IMG/VR virus record: IMGVR_UViG_3300039239_000037
Span: 6,152 to 70,151 of that record
Reading direction: 5' to 3' (one strand)
Origin: a virus
Length of the DNA stretch: 64,000 bases
Position 1 is the first letter of the stretch; every line of letters starts with the position of its first letter. The notes under the pieces were generated by a model. That model worked only from the letters and a program-made list of their open reading frames with translations. It was not told the DNA's origin and made no database searches. A program made the translations under genes and the position numbers. Shown piece after piece: positions 49,495 through 59,341 of the stretch.

Positions 49495-50907
49495 ATGGAC
49501 ATCCAGGTCCAGCCGTCGACGTTCACGCCGTCGGCCTATCAGACAGATCAGCAGTTCTTTGCCACCAAGTATCAGCAGGGAACGCGCACGGTCTACGGCC
49601 TCGCCGCCACACCTGGCGAGCTTGTGGGCCTCGTGCCGCGCCCCGATCCGGCTGTTCCCACCGAGGGAAACCGTCGCATCAACGCGTCGCACGCCGAGGC
49701 GTTTGCGCGCTACTTCATCGAGAACGAGAGCTGGGTCATCCCCGGCATCATCCTGCGCGCAGTCAACATGTTCCACTTCGAGTCGGTGCAGGAGATCCCC
49801 TCGGCGGCGTTCGGCGTGATGTCCTACCCGAAGCGGCGCCAGGGTGACATCCACATCCTCGACGGGCAGCACCGCATCCTCGGGTTCTTCATGGCGCTGG
49901 ACAAGCTCGACGCAGAGATCGAAAAGGCCCGCTCGTACAAGGCGACCGTGCGGCGCACCATGCCGGACGACAAGCGGGCCGAGATGGACGCACAGAAGGA
50001 GATCGACCGCCTCGAGGGGGCGCGCGATCGCTTCTACAAGCAGCGGGTGGCCGTGGAGATCCAGGTCACCGACGACATCGACGAAGCCAAGCAGATGTTC
50101 TTCGACATCGCCGAGAACGCTCTGGGCATCACCGCGTCGACTCGCGCACGCTTCGACAGTCGCAAGATCGTCAACCGTGCCCTCCCGATGGTGCTCGAGC
50201 ACCCGCTCCTGCTCAACCGGGTGGATCTGGACAAGGACCGCGTTCAAAAAAACAGCCCGTTCTGGATCCCGGCCTCCAAGGTTGTCGAGATCATCCGCAC
50301 CATGCGGAAGGGCTTCGAGGGGCGGGTGTCCCGCAAGGACAACGAGGCGTGGAAGGGCGAGGAGGCCGCGATCGCTCGCGAGACCAACGAGTTCTTCGAC
50401 CTGCTGGTGAAGACGATGCCCCCGGTGAACGCCCTGCTACACAGTCAGATCACCGCCGGCCAGATGCGAGACACGATGCTCCTGGGTGGGCAGACGTTCA
50501 TCCGCATCCTCGCGGGCGTCTACTACGAACTCCGCAAGGATCGGAAGTGGTCCGCGAAGCAGGTCGAGGAGTTCTTCACTGCGCTCGGACCGCACGCGGC
50601 TGGCCGCGCCCACGCCAACTCCATTTGGAAGCAGCACGCGCCCGAGCACCTGTTCAACCTCAACGGCGTCGGACCGTCCGGTCGCCGCGCCGACTCCGTC
50701 GAGCTGATGAACCTCATCACGGATTGGGCGATCGCACGGGCACCTTTCGTCTACGCCGCCCCGGTGCCGGCGCCCGCGGTCGACGCCGATCCCGACGAGG
50801 GAATCGACTTCGCCCCGTCGCACTCCACGAAGCAGCTCGAGCTGGAACTCGAACTCGAGAACGCCGAGATCGCGCAGGAGTCGAAGGCGCGCGCCGCGGG
50901 GAATTAG
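49495..50907 (+). CDS. DGQHR-domain protein (DndB-like, ParB/Srx superfamily)
   Basis: GNRRINASH, ILDGQHR and QMFFDIAENA motifs; own TAGACT (49423-49428), RBS GGAGAGG and downstream hairpin. Alternative start TTG 49477. Confidence 0.8.
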   Translation: MDIQVQPSTFTPSAYQTDQQFFATKYQQGTRTVYGLAATPGELVGLVPRPDPAVPTEGNRRINASHAEAFARYFIENESWVIPGIILRAVNMFHFESVQEIPSAAFGVMSYPKRRQGDIHILDGQHRILGFFMALDKLDAEIEKARSYKATVRRTMPDDKRAEMDAQKEIDRLEGARDRFYKQRVAVEIQVTDDIDEAKQMFFDIAENALGITASTRARFDSRKIVNRALPMVLEHPLLLNRVDLDKDRVQKNSPFWIPASKVVEIIRTMRKGFEGRVSRKDNEAWKGEEAAIARETNEFFDLLVKTMPPVNALLHSQITAGQMRDTMLLGGQTFIRILAGVYYELRKDRKWSAKQVEEFFTALGPHAAGRAHANSIWKQHAPEHLFNLNGVGPSGRRADSVELMNLITDWAIARAPFVYAAPVPAPAVDADPDEGIDFAPSHSTKQLELELELENAEIAQESKARAAGN

Positions 50908-50920
50908 TTCCCGACCACAA

Positions 50921-50961
50921 CGAACCCCCTTCGCGAGCCAACCGGCGGCGAGGGGGGTTCG
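50921..50961 (+). terminator. Terminator hairpin after the DGQHR gene
   Basis: CGAACCCCCTTCGC ... GCGAGGGGGGTTCG. Confidence 0.7.
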
Positions 50962-50976
50962 TCTCGTGCGCGCCCG

Positions 50977-50993
50977 TAGACTGCGCCGCCATG
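50977..50993 (+). promoter_or_regulatory. TAGACT-N8-ATG leaderless late promoter
   Basis: TAGACT 50977-50982, GCGCCGCC, ATG 50991. Confidence 0.65.
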
Positions 50994-51497
50994 AACCAGA
51001 TCCCCATGGCCCGCGGCAAGTCCGTGGATGACCAGCTCATCGAGCTGGCGGCGATGGAGATCAGCGCAGAGGAGATCTCCCGCCGTCTCGGCGGAGCCAT
51101 CACGCCTCCTCGCGTGCGGCAGCGCGTCAGTGACCTCCTCACCGCAGGCGACTGGCTCACCGATGTCCAGAAGGAGCGGGCACTCATCCGCATCCTCCAC
51201 ATGAACCTGATGGCGATGCGCGGCGACGAGCTGAACGTCGACAACGCCAAGCTGCAGCTCCAGTACGCCAACGTCCTCCTCGACCGGCTCGATAAGCGCC
51301 AGGCGGTCACCAGCGAGCAGCTCGAGACTTATAACTCGAACGTCGGTCGCACCCTCGGCGAGGTCGTGATCCATGCGCTCGCATACATGAAGGGAGCGCT
51401 CTCGGGCGAGATTGACTCCCAGCGGTGGGACATCCTCGTCGAGGAAGCCATGCTCAGCGCCCGCCAGGCGATCGCTGCGAAGCAGGTCGATTCGTGA
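50991..51497 (+). CDS. Putative terminase small subunit
   Basis: N-terminal HTH-like (ISAEEISRRLG) and helical body; first gene of the packaging operon. Confidence 0.55.
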   Translation: MNQIPMARGKSVDDQLIELAAMEISAEEISRRLGGAITPPRVRQRVSDLLTAGDWLTDVQKERALIRILHMNLMAMRGDELNVDNAKLQLQYANVLLDRLDKRQAVTSEQLETYNSNVGRTLGEVVIHALAYMKGALSGEIDSQRWDILVEEAMLSARQAIAAKQVDS

Positions 51498-52066
51498 CCG
51501 ATTGCAGCTTTGGTGAGTGCGCTCGCCCGCGCTACGCCCGCTCTCTCTGCAATGCCCATTGGCAGCAGGACCGAGACGGAAAGCCGCTGACCACGCTGCT
51601 CGTCCGCACCCCCGGGCGCGCGTGCGACGTCACCGACTGCGGACGCCCTCACTCTCGACGAGGCAAGTGCCAGACGCACGCGCGCCGCGCGGGCGACGCA
51701 ATCGCCCCGAAGAACGCGCAGAACGCCCAGAACTGCGGCGTCCCCCACTGCGAGAAGCTCGCCGCCACGGTCGGCATGTGTCGACGCCACGCGCGGCTCG
51801 TGTCGCAATACCGTCTCACCGCAGCTCGGATCGAGGAGCTCTACGCGAACCCGCACTGCGGAATTTGCGAAACGACGGATCCCGGCAAGCGCGACTTCCA
51901 CATCGACCACGACCACTCCTGCTGCCCCGGCGGCATGGCCCAGAAGTGCGGCCAGTGCGTCCGCGGCCTCCTCTGCGCCTCATGCAACCACGGCCTCGGC
52001 AACTTCCGGGACGACCCCGCGTTGCTCGAGGCCGCAGTGCGCTACCTCGCGAGGGGTGGCGAGTGA
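51494..52066 (+). CDS. Endonuclease VII-like HNH nuclease
   Basis: CGIC...HIDHDH...VRGLLCASCNHGLGNFRDD plus N-terminal Zn-finger repeats. Confidence 0.85.
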   Translation: MTDCSFGECARPRYARSLCNAHWQQDRDGKPLTTLLVRTPGRACDVTDCGRPHSRRGKCQTHARRAGDAIAPKNAQNAQNCGVPHCEKLAATVGMCRRHARLVSQYRLTAARIEELYANPHCGICETTDPGKRDFHIDHDHSCCPGGMAQKCGQCVRGLLCASCNHGLGNFRDDPALLEAAVRYLARGGE

Positions 52067-53772
52067 TGCTCGACCCCAGAGTCTTCGACGCGGCGATGCA
52101 AGAGATCGCGGAGCGCTCGAAGAAGGCCATCTACCAGCGTGACTTCCCCGCCTGGCAGTACGACATCCTCGGTGAGCGAACCTACAAGAAGATGGAGGAG
52201 ATCGGCCAGACCGCCCTTCTCTCACCGAAACCCCGAACGCTGATCCGCTCCGCGAACGGTACGGCCAAGACCTACCAGGCGTCCCGCTGGGGAATGTGGT
52301 GGGCAACCGCTTTTGACACCGACCAGTCCCTCGTCATCCTCACCGCCCCTACCCTCCGTCAGGTCGAGGGCGGCCTCATGATGTACATGAAGGAGCGGTA
52401 CGGCTACGTCAAGCGCGCCGCGATGGCCCAGGGCAAGCGGATGCCCTGGCCGGGCTGGATCTCCGAGCAGAACGAGTGGAAGTACGCCACCCCCGGCGGA
52501 AACATGAAACTCGTCGTCGGCCGAGTCCCCGCGGCCGCGGATGCGGTCTCCACCCTCCAGGGTGAGCGAAAGACAGGTGGCCGCAACCTCATCATCTTCG
52601 ACGAGGCCGGCGGCGTCTCCCGCGACATCTTCACCGCCACCGAAGCCCTGATGACATCGGGCGACTCGCGCATGATCGGCATCGGAAACCCCGACCGCCG
52701 CGCGACCGCCTTCTTCGACGCGTTCAATAGCCCCACTGAGGCCGCGGAGTACAACCTCTTCACCATCTCCGCCTACGACCTCCCGACCATCACGGGCGAG
52801 CGGGTCTACGGGCCGGGCGAAGACGACAAGGAGGCCCTCATGCTCAAGGGCCTCACGTCGGCGGAGTGGGTCGCTCACAAAGAGCGCGTCTGGATGACCG
52901 GCGGCGAGGAATACTACGACGAGAACCTCGACGTCATGCGACGCCGCGGCGGCACGCCCAACGGCCGATTCCGCGCCAAGGTGCTCGGCGAGTTCCCCGG
53001 CGATGCCGACAACACCTTCTTCGCCGAGGAAGACATTCTCAACGCATTCGGCAACGAGATCACTCCCCCCGACTCCATCCGCCCCGTGCTCGGCTGCGAC
53101 ATCGCCACCACCGGTGAGGATGAGTCGGTCGTCTACGTCAACCACGGCGGCCGCGTTCGCCTGTTCGACAAGACGATCTCCTACATGGATGGGGACGAGC
53201 AGCGTGAGACCACGGGGGTCTGGACGAAGGAGGACACGCTCACCGCCGCCCGCCGCATCAACGCGATCGCCCGGTACACCAATGCGCGCGAAGTCCGCGT
53301 CGACGGCACCGCGGTCGGCGAAGGCGTCACCACCGATCTCATGCGCCTGCCCGAGTTCGCCGAGGATCGCAAGCACTACAGCGTCGTCAGCGTGAAGGGC
53401 GCTCGTCGATCGAGCGACAAGACTCGCTGGAAGAAGTGGCGCGACGAAGTTCACGACCACCTGAACACGTTGATGAAGGACGGCAGGATCGACCTCGATC
53501 CGGCCGACACGCAACTCCGCGACGAGCTCATGCTCATCACATACAAGCTGCTCGATGGCGCGATCAAGATCGACCCTAAGGCCGACATGAAGACGCTCCT
53601 CGGCGGCTCCCCCGACCGCGCCGACGCGTGCATGTACGCCACCCTCGAGGTCGTCAACCCGCCGGACGACGACCCCCTCAGCCAGCTCGAACCCGGTCAG
53701 GCGGTCCTCATCGACCCGAACGACTTCATCGCCGAGCGGTACCAGCGCGACAGCGACACCTACCCGCTGTGA
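52066..53772 (+). CDS. terL: Terminase large subunit
   Basis: RSANGTAKT Walker A variant, IIFDEAGG Walker B, IGNP, LGCDIA nuclease motif and C-terminal SPDRADA. Confidence 0.9.
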   Translation: MLDPRVFDAAMQEIAERSKKAIYQRDFPAWQYDILGERTYKKMEEIGQTALLSPKPRTLIRSANGTAKTYQASRWGMWWATAFDTDQSLVILTAPTLRQVEGGLMMYMKERYGYVKRAAMAQGKRMPWPGWISEQNEWKYATPGGNMKLVVGRVPAAADAVSTLQGERKTGGRNLIIFDEAGGVSRDIFTATEALMTSGDSRMIGIGNPDRRATAFFDAFNSPTEAAEYNLFTISAYDLPTITGERVYGPGEDDKEALMLKGLTSAEWVAHKERVWMTGGEEYYDENLDVMRRRGGTPNGRFRAKVLGEFPGDADNTFFAEEDILNAFGNEITPPDSIRPVLGCDIATTGEDESVVYVNHGGRVRLFDKTISYMDGDEQRETTGVWTKEDTLTAARRINAIARYTNAREVRVDGTAVGEGVTTDLMRLPEFAEDRKHYSVVSVKGARRSSDKTRWKKWRDEVHDHLNTLMKDGRIDLDPADTQLRDELMLITYKLLDGAIKIDPKADMKTLLGGSPDRADACMYATLEVVNPPDDDPLSQLEPGQAVLIDPNDFIAERYQRDSDTYPL

Positions 53773-53777
53773 ACGCG

Positions 53778-53814
53778 TTTGCGTGCTAAGCGCGCCGTAG
53801 ACTCCGCCGCCATG
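53778..53814 (+). promoter_or_regulatory. Operator-like motif plus TAGACT-N8-ATG promoter for the portal gene
   Basis: TTTGCGTGCTAA 53778-53789, TAGACT 53798-53803, ATG 53812. Confidence 0.65.
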
Positions 53815-55344
53815 TCAGCCCAGAACGCCGTCCTCGTTGAGATCTCCGAGGCGATCGCCGAGGCATCCGCCCTCGGGACAGAGGAGGGCGCTCGCGCCGT
53901 CGCTGTGCTGGCCGAGTCGTACGATCGGATGCGCACCATCCTCGCCCGCGAGGACAAGGGCTGGGTCCGCCTCTACGACCGCGGCGCCGACTCCCAGTTC
54001 GGTCTCCGCCTGCAGGACCTCAAGGACTGGGGCCGCAAGCTCGAAGAGTCCGTGCCCGGAGCGCCCTGGATCGGCCGCGGCTTCCGGGTGCGCGCGAACT
54101 TCATCCTCAAGGACGGCATCCAGCACGGCAAAATCCCCGCCGGCGGAAGCCAGGGCGTCCCGGACGTCCAGAAGTTCATCGACGACCCCGACAACCAGGA
54201 GAACTACTTCGGCCCCGCCGCGCGCCGCAAGCGTGAGCACAACCTCTACACGCAGGGCATCGCGTTCTGGATCCTCGACGAGCGCACCAAGAAGATCGAG
54301 GCCATTCCCCTCCGCCAGATCACCGGCGAGCTCATGCACCCAGACGGCATCGGCGTCGTCTGGGCGTACCTGCGCGAGTGGACGCACGTCAACCTCGAGA
54401 CCGGCAAGTCGTACCAGATGAAGATGTGGTATTTCACCGACCTCGCCAAGAGCAAGCGATCGCTCAACATCACGTCGCCGCACAACCGCGAACGCGTCCC
54501 GGTCTCGCAGACCTCCATCATCTTCGCCCAGCACGCCAACCCCGTCGGCGGCCTGGCATACGGCACGCCCGACGCCCTCGCCGCGTGGATCTGGAACGGC
54601 ATCGCCCGCGACGCCTACATGGACGGTCGCTCCGTCACCGAGGCCCTCACGCGGTTCGCCCTCAAGGCGACCGCGAAGAACAAGCCGGCCGCCGACAACG
54701 TCGCCATGCAGTACGCCTCCGCGCACACCGCCGGCGGCATGGCCGTCGTCGGTGGAGCGAATGACATCCAGGTTCTCCAGGGTGCTCAGAAGGGTTACGA
54801 CTTCAACACCCTGCGGCCGCTGCTCGCCGTCATCGCCACCGCGCTCGATATCCCGACCACCGTCCTCACGAGCGACACCGGCGACGACAGCTACGCCTCG
54901 ATCTCCTCCCTCGACCTGCCTACCCGCCTCGCGATGCAGGCGCGCCGCGACGAGCACGTCGCCTTCGAGAAGCGGGTGCTGAGGCAACTCGGCGCCGCAA
55001 ACGCCTCCGTCAGCTTCGTCCCCTACGACGCCGAGGACGAGGTGTACCGCAAGGTCCAGGCCGCGATCCTCGACTACCAGCAGGACACGATCACCCGCCA
55101 GGCTCTCGCCAACCGCATCGCCGACATCTACGGCCGCCCGCACGAGGACGTCCCCGCCGAAGACGAGCGCCCCTCCGTTCTCCTCGCGAAGGCGATGGCC
55201 AAGGCCGTGCCGAAGCCCGCTCCGGCGGGCGGAGACTCGTCCGGCAACACCTCGGTCGCCTCCCCCGCGCAGGGCCGCTCGAACGGCACCGGCGGAATTT
55301 CGGGAGGCTCGGCCTCAAATGACATCCGACGCGACGGCAAGTAG
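53812..55344 (+). CDS. Portal protein
   Basis: About 510 aa directly after terL; IATALDIPTTVL and ISSLDLP portal-like motifs. Confidence 0.85.
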   Translation: MSAQNAVLVEISEAIAEASALGTEEGARAVAVLAESYDRMRTILAREDKGWVRLYDRGADSQFGLRLQDLKDWGRKLEESVPGAPWIGRGFRVRANFILKDGIQHGKIPAGGSQGVPDVQKFIDDPDNQENYFGPAARRKREHNLYTQGIAFWILDERTKKIEAIPLRQITGELMHPDGIGVVWAYLREWTHVNLETGKSYQMKMWYFTDLAKSKRSLNITSPHNRERVPVSQTSIIFAQHANPVGGLAYGTPDALAAWIWNGIARDAYMDGRSVTEALTRFALKATAKNKPAADNVAMQYASAHTAGGMAVVGGANDIQVLQGAQKGYDFNTLRPLLAVIATALDIPTTVLTSDTGDDSYASISSLDLPTRLAMQARRDEHVAFEKRVLRQLGAANASVSFVPYDAEDEVYRKVQAAILDYQQDTITRQALANRIADIYGRPHEDVPAEDERPSVLLAKAMAKAVPKPAPAGGDSSGNTSVASPAQGRSNGTGGISGGSASNDIRRDGK

Positions 55345-55361
55345 ACGTGTAGCATATTTGC

Positions 55362-56192
55362 GTGATTTCGACAGGCTGCGATAGCACCTACGGCAAGGGA
55401 TGCCGGTGCGACGCGTGCAAGGAAGTCAAGCGCGCCAAGGACCGGGCCTACTACGCAGCCAACCGCGACGCAATGAAGGCCAAGATGGCCGAGTACCAGC
55501 GGACCCACCGAGCCCAGCGCAACGCCTATCTCGCCGAATGGCGCGAGGCGAATCGCGAGCATCTTCGGGACTATCACCGCCAGTGGTCGACGGCAAATCG
55601 CGACTTGGTGCGGGCTAGCGGCGCCCGCACCCGAGCGAAGTCAGGCTACTCGGAGCGTCGACTCGCCTATCGCACGGCGAACCGCGAGGCGGAGCGAGAA
55701 CGTCTGCGTCGTTGGCGCGCGGCCAACCCGGAACGCTTGGCCACGCATCGCGCGACCTATCGACTGCGCCACGCAGACTCTCTGCGAGAGAAGTCTCGCC
55801 TGTACTACGCGCAACACCGATCCGAACTGCGAGCCCGAGCCAAAGCTAAGTGGCCACAGGTGCGCGAGTGGCATGCCGAATGGCGATCAGGACCCGGTGC
55901 AGCATCCCGCCGCGCCTCGCACCTACGCCGTCGCGCACGCCTACGCGATCGAGACCATGGGTGCGTCACTACTGACGCTTTGCGTCAAATCTGGGCCGCG
56001 GCCGACGGAGCCTGTGCCTACTGCGGTGACCCCGGCGAGCACATCGACCACGTCATCCCGCTCAACGGCTTCGGCGCGCACTGCGTCACCAACCTGGCCG
56101 TGGCGTGCGCTGCATGCAATCTTGAGAAGTCAGACAGCATCATCCCGGAGGCGGAGCGACCCACGATTCTCGTGGCTTGCGCAATTCTTTGA
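55362..56192 (+). CDS. HNH endonuclease
   Basis: CAYC...EHIDHVIPL...NLAVACAACNLEK; Arg-rich helical linker. Confidence 0.85.
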   Translation: MISTGCDSTYGKGCRCDACKEVKRAKDRAYYAANRDAMKAKMAEYQRTHRAQRNAYLAEWREANREHLRDYHRQWSTANRDLVRASGARTRAKSGYSERRLAYRTANREAERERLRRWRAANPERLATHRATYRLRHADSLREKSRLYYAQHRSELRARAKAKWPQVREWHAEWRSGPGAASRRASHLRRRARLRDRDHGCVTTDALRQIWAAADGACAYCGDPGEHIDHVIPLNGFGAHCVTNLAVACAACNLEKSDSIIPEAERPTILVACAIL

Positions 56193-56223
56193 GGTCGAAG
56201 TGATGTTCCCCCGGCCGCGTCCT

Positions 56224-56240
56224 TAGACTCCGCGCCCGTG
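56224..56240 (+). promoter_or_regulatory. TAGACT-N8-GTG leaderless late promoter
   Basis: TAGACT 56224-56229, CCGCGCCC, GTG 56238. Confidence 0.65.
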
Positions 56241-57440
56241 AAGAACGAAGCCCAGGCCGCCGCGAACGGCGTCGTCGTCCGCGAGAGCGCGTACCGCCAG
56301 GGCACTCGCGCGGTCACTCCTGAGAGCCAGGGCCAGAAGTTCCGAGTCCGCCTGATGGGCTGGGCTCCCGGCGCGACGGTCGTCGAGGGCTCCTCTGCGG
56401 ACTACCCCGTCCCCGCCATCGTCCGCGACTTCGCCGAAGCGTTCCCCGCCGGAACCCGCATGCGCGCCAACCACGACACGATGTGCGAGGCCGGCGGCGA
56501 CGTCCGCCGCATCTTCGCCAAGACCGTCTCCGAACCCGTCGAAGAAGAAGACGGCATGTACGCCGACGCCGTCGCCGCCGAGGGCGAAGCGAGCAACTTC
56601 ATCCGACAGTTCGCAGACGTCATCGGCACCTCGATCACGGCCTCCGTCGAATACGAGCGGGAGTACCTCACCGACGACAACGGCCAGCTCAAGTTCGACG
56701 AGGACGGCAACCCGGTAATGGCGATCCGGAAGGGCCCGCGCGGCCTCCCCATCGTCGAGCGCTTCCTGTCGATGAACGAAGCCCCGTACAACTCGGTCGA
56801 CTTCGTGGAGGTCCCCGGCGCGGACGGCGCAGTCGTCTCACTCGCCCTGGAAAGCGCCAAGCGCATCGTCGACCAGACGATCCTCCGCGAAGCCGCGGGC
56901 TTCGCTATCGGTCTCGCCGGCAAGCGCGAGAAGTCTTCCCTCGGCGTCGCCGAGGGTGCCCAGCCTGGCTCCACCCCGGCGCCCGGATCCACCCACCAGA
57001 AGGACATCAGCATGGACGAGAAGGCCATCAAGGCCATCACGGAGGCGCTCGGCGCCAACGTGGTCGCCGCCCTCAAGCCGCTGACCGACTTCGTTCAGGA
57101 GCAGAAGACGGCCGCCGAGGCTGCCGCCGCCGGGGCCAAGCCGGCCGACGCTCCGAACGCCGTCGAGTCGGCCATCACCGCGCTCGAGTCGATCAACAAG
57201 ATCGACGGCATCGAGCTCGTTCCCACCCTCAAGGAGGCGCTCATCACCGACCTCAAGGCCGGCAAGGACGTCACCGAGGGCATCAAGCTCGCCACGTCCG
57301 TCGCGGCCGAGGCGAAGGCCGCCAAGGGCGCACAGACGCCCACCGCAACCACGACCCCCGGCTCGTACGTCGCCGCCGAGGCCGCCACGGGCGGATCCCC
57401 CGTGAAGAGCTGGTCCGTCGCCGGACTCGGAGGTAAGTGA
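56238..57440 (+). CDS. Capsid maturation protease / scaffold fusion
   Basis: MRANHD, IGTSITA and SVDFVEVPGADG protease-like N-terminus; Ala/Glu/Lys-rich helical C-terminus. Confidence 0.75.
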   Translation: MKNEAQAAANGVVVRESAYRQGTRAVTPESQGQKFRVRLMGWAPGATVVEGSSADYPVPAIVRDFAEAFPAGTRMRANHDTMCEAGGDVRRIFAKTVSEPVEEEDGMYADAVAAEGEASNFIRQFADVIGTSITASVEYEREYLTDDNGQLKFDEDGNPVMAIRKGPRGLPIVERFLSMNEAPYNSVDFVEVPGADGAVVSLALESAKRIVDQTILREAAGFAIGLAGKREKSSLGVAEGAQPGSTPAPGSTHQKDISMDEKAIKAITEALGANVVAALKPLTDFVQEQKTAAEAAAAGAKPADAPNAVESAITALESINKIDGIELVPTLKEALITDLKAGKDVTEGIKLATSVAAEAKAAKGAQTPTATTTPGSYVAAEAATGGSPVKSWSVAGLGGK

Positions 57441-57442
57441 CC

Positions 57443-57910
57443 ATGGCCAAGGCAACCATCGAGGTCTTCGCGCACAGCGACGAGGCCACCGAGATCTGGT
57501 ACTTCGACGCCCCCACCCCGCAGTACACCCTGGCCGTCCAGAACGGCGTGGCCGCGATCGTCCTCACCGACACCGAGGGCGTCGCGGGCACCTCCATCGT
57601 CTACGGCCCCCACACCGTCAGCGGCATCGTCCGACCCGGCGTGTCGAACCGTGACGCGACCGCAGGCGGCGCCGGCAAGTACGCCGCCGGCGTCACGCTC
57701 GACGGTACCTGGGGGTTCGAAGACGTCGTCAGCACGGGCACGACCCCCGCTCCGACCACCACGACCCAGGGCACCAAGGTCTACGTCACCGCCGGTGGCG
57801 CGCTGACCCTGGAGGCCTCCTCCAACACCCTCGTCGGTCGCGTGAACTACACGGCCGACTACACCAAGGCCGCAGGCCGCCTCCCCGTCAAGCTGATCGG
57901 AGCACGCTGA
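57443..57910 (+). CDS. Capsid decoration / minor capsid protein
   Basis: Lies between scaffold and MCP; GTKVYVTAGGALT decoration-like motif. Confidence 0.6.
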   Translation: MAKATIEVFAHSDEATEIWYFDAPTPQYTLAVQNGVAAIVLTDTEGVAGTSIVYGPHTVSGIVRPGVSNRDATAGGAGKYAAGVTLDGTWGFEDVVSTGTTPAPTTTTQGTKVYVTAGGALTLEASSNTLVGRVNYTADYTKAAGRLPVKLIGAR

Positions 57911-57912
57911 CC

Positions 57913-59061
57913 ATGAGCACCCTGCTCGAGAACTACCAGAACCCCATCACGCTCGATGGCAAGCTGGAAGTCCACCCCCTCGTCACCGAGGCAAAGCTGG
58001 CGCGCGCCAAGGAGCTGTTCGAGAAGGCTCTGGCCGGCGACCGCATCGCCGACGCCACCCTCGCCGAGCTGTTCACCAGCTCGTCCATCGGGTTCTCGCT
58101 GACCCACCTCATCAACATGCAGGTGATCCCCCAGCTCCCCGAGGACGAGAAGCAGGTCATCGACGGCCTCGTGACCACGCGCACCGTGCGCGACTTCAAC
58201 CCGGTCACCCTGCTCGACCTGATCGGCCTCGGCAAGCTGAACGGCCCCGGCATCAACTCCCGCGGCGCCCTCGCCGTCGTGCCGGAGGGTACCCGCTACC
58301 CGATCGTCACCGTCAAGGGCAACCAGGACTCGATGTACGAGAAGCTCGGTAAGCGCGGTGCGCGGTTCGAGTTCACCTGGGAGTCGAAGATCAACGACTC
58401 CCTCACCGGCCTGCTCGAGCAGATCCCGGACGCCCTGCGCGACACCCAGCGCGACACCACGTACGAGGAGATCTTCGACGCCCTCGACGAGGCCGCGCTC
58501 CCCGCCTCGGCCGTGACCCTGCCCGACGGCACGATCGTTCCCCCGAACGCTCCCCTGTCGCCGGAAGCGATCATCGCGGCCTCAATGTTCCACGAGCTCG
58601 TGAAGATCAACAACCGCAAGATCGGCATCATCTCGGCCTACAACCTCTTCCTGCCCACCGGCGGCAAGAAGAAGTGGGACTGGATGGTCGAGCGGTTCAA
58701 CTCCGTCATCGAGGAGCAGGAGGGCTCGCTGCGCCTGCGCCCGGCGCCGCTCGGCAAGCTCATGCCGAACCTGACGGTCGTGGAGTCCGACCGCATCCCC
58801 ACCGGCACCTGGAAGCTCGTCCCGAAGCCGGGCACGACCAAGGGCCGTCCGGTCTGGGAGCTGCTCAAGCTCCGCGGCTACGAGGACATCGAGCTGCGCA
58901 TGAAGTCGGACGCCGGCTTCTACCCCGGCGGCGGCACGGTCGACGCGTTCGAGGGCTCCTACGAGGCCGACACGATCTCGATGCGCGCGCGCCTCGTGCG
59001 CGGCTCCGTCCTCTGGGACGACCGCTGGATCGTGGCGTCGAACGGTTCGGGCCAGGCGTGA
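57913..59061 (+). CDS. Major capsid protein (HK97 fold)
   Basis: 382 aa; VPEGTRYP, KRGARFEFTWE and DTISMRARL...G features; followed by a small gene and terminator. Confidence 0.85.
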   Translation: MSTLLENYQNPITLDGKLEVHPLVTEAKLARAKELFEKALAGDRIADATLAELFTSSSIGFSLTHLINMQVIPQLPEDEKQVIDGLVTTRTVRDFNPVTLLDLIGLGKLNGPGINSRGALAVVPEGTRYPIVTVKGNQDSMYEKLGKRGARFEFTWESKINDSLTGLLEQIPDALRDTQRDTTYEEIFDALDEAALPASAVTLPDGTIVPPNAPLSPEAIIAASMFHELVKINNRKIGIISAYNLFLPTGGKKKWDWMVERFNSVIEEQEGSLRLRPAPLGKLMPNLTVVESDRIPTGTWKLVPKPGTTKGRPVWELLKLRGYEDIELRMKSDAGFYPGGGTVDAFEGSYEADTISMRARLVRGSVLWDDRWIVASNGSGQA

Positions 59062-59285
59062 GCAAGCCCAAGCCGATCTCTCTGAGCCGGGGCAGTGCCC
59101 CGGCTCCGGGGGAGAACACGCCTCAGCCCTTCGCCGTCGTGGGCGACCTGCCCGTGGCAACCCCGACGATCACCGGCGGCGTGAAGAAGGGTGTCGCCGT
59201 GGCCAACGCCACGGATGCCGCCTCCACCCAGGCCCGCCTGAACGACCTGCTCGCCTCCCTCCGCACTGCTGGCGTCATCTCCTGA
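59058..59285 (+). CDS. Head fibre-like small protein
   Basis: ATPTITGGVKKGVAVANA...LNDLLASLRTAGVI pattern. Confidence 0.6.
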   Translation: MSKPKPISLSRGSAPAPGENTPQPFAVVGDLPVATPTITGGVKKGVAVANATDAASTQARLNDLLASLRTAGVIS

Positions 59286-59298
59286 CGCCCGCCGACGT

Positions 59299-59322
59299 GG
59301 CCCCTGCCTTCGGGTGGGGGCC
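59299..59322 (+). terminator. Terminator hairpin after the capsid genes
   Basis: GGCCCCTGCC-TTCG-GGTGGGGGCC (cUUCGg tetraloop). Confidence 0.75.
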
Positions 59323-59341
59323 TTCGTCGTTGGCGAAGCGA

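Noticed and set aside
49495-50907. Complete Dnd phosphorothioation or ParABS system
   Set aside because: No dndA/C/D/E, ssp or parA genes, and no parS-like repeats next to it.
52240-52275. Inactivated terminase (Walker A reads GTAKT)
   Set aside because: The catalytic Lys-Thr, Walker B and nuclease motifs are intact and the ORF is full length; most likely a tolerated variant.
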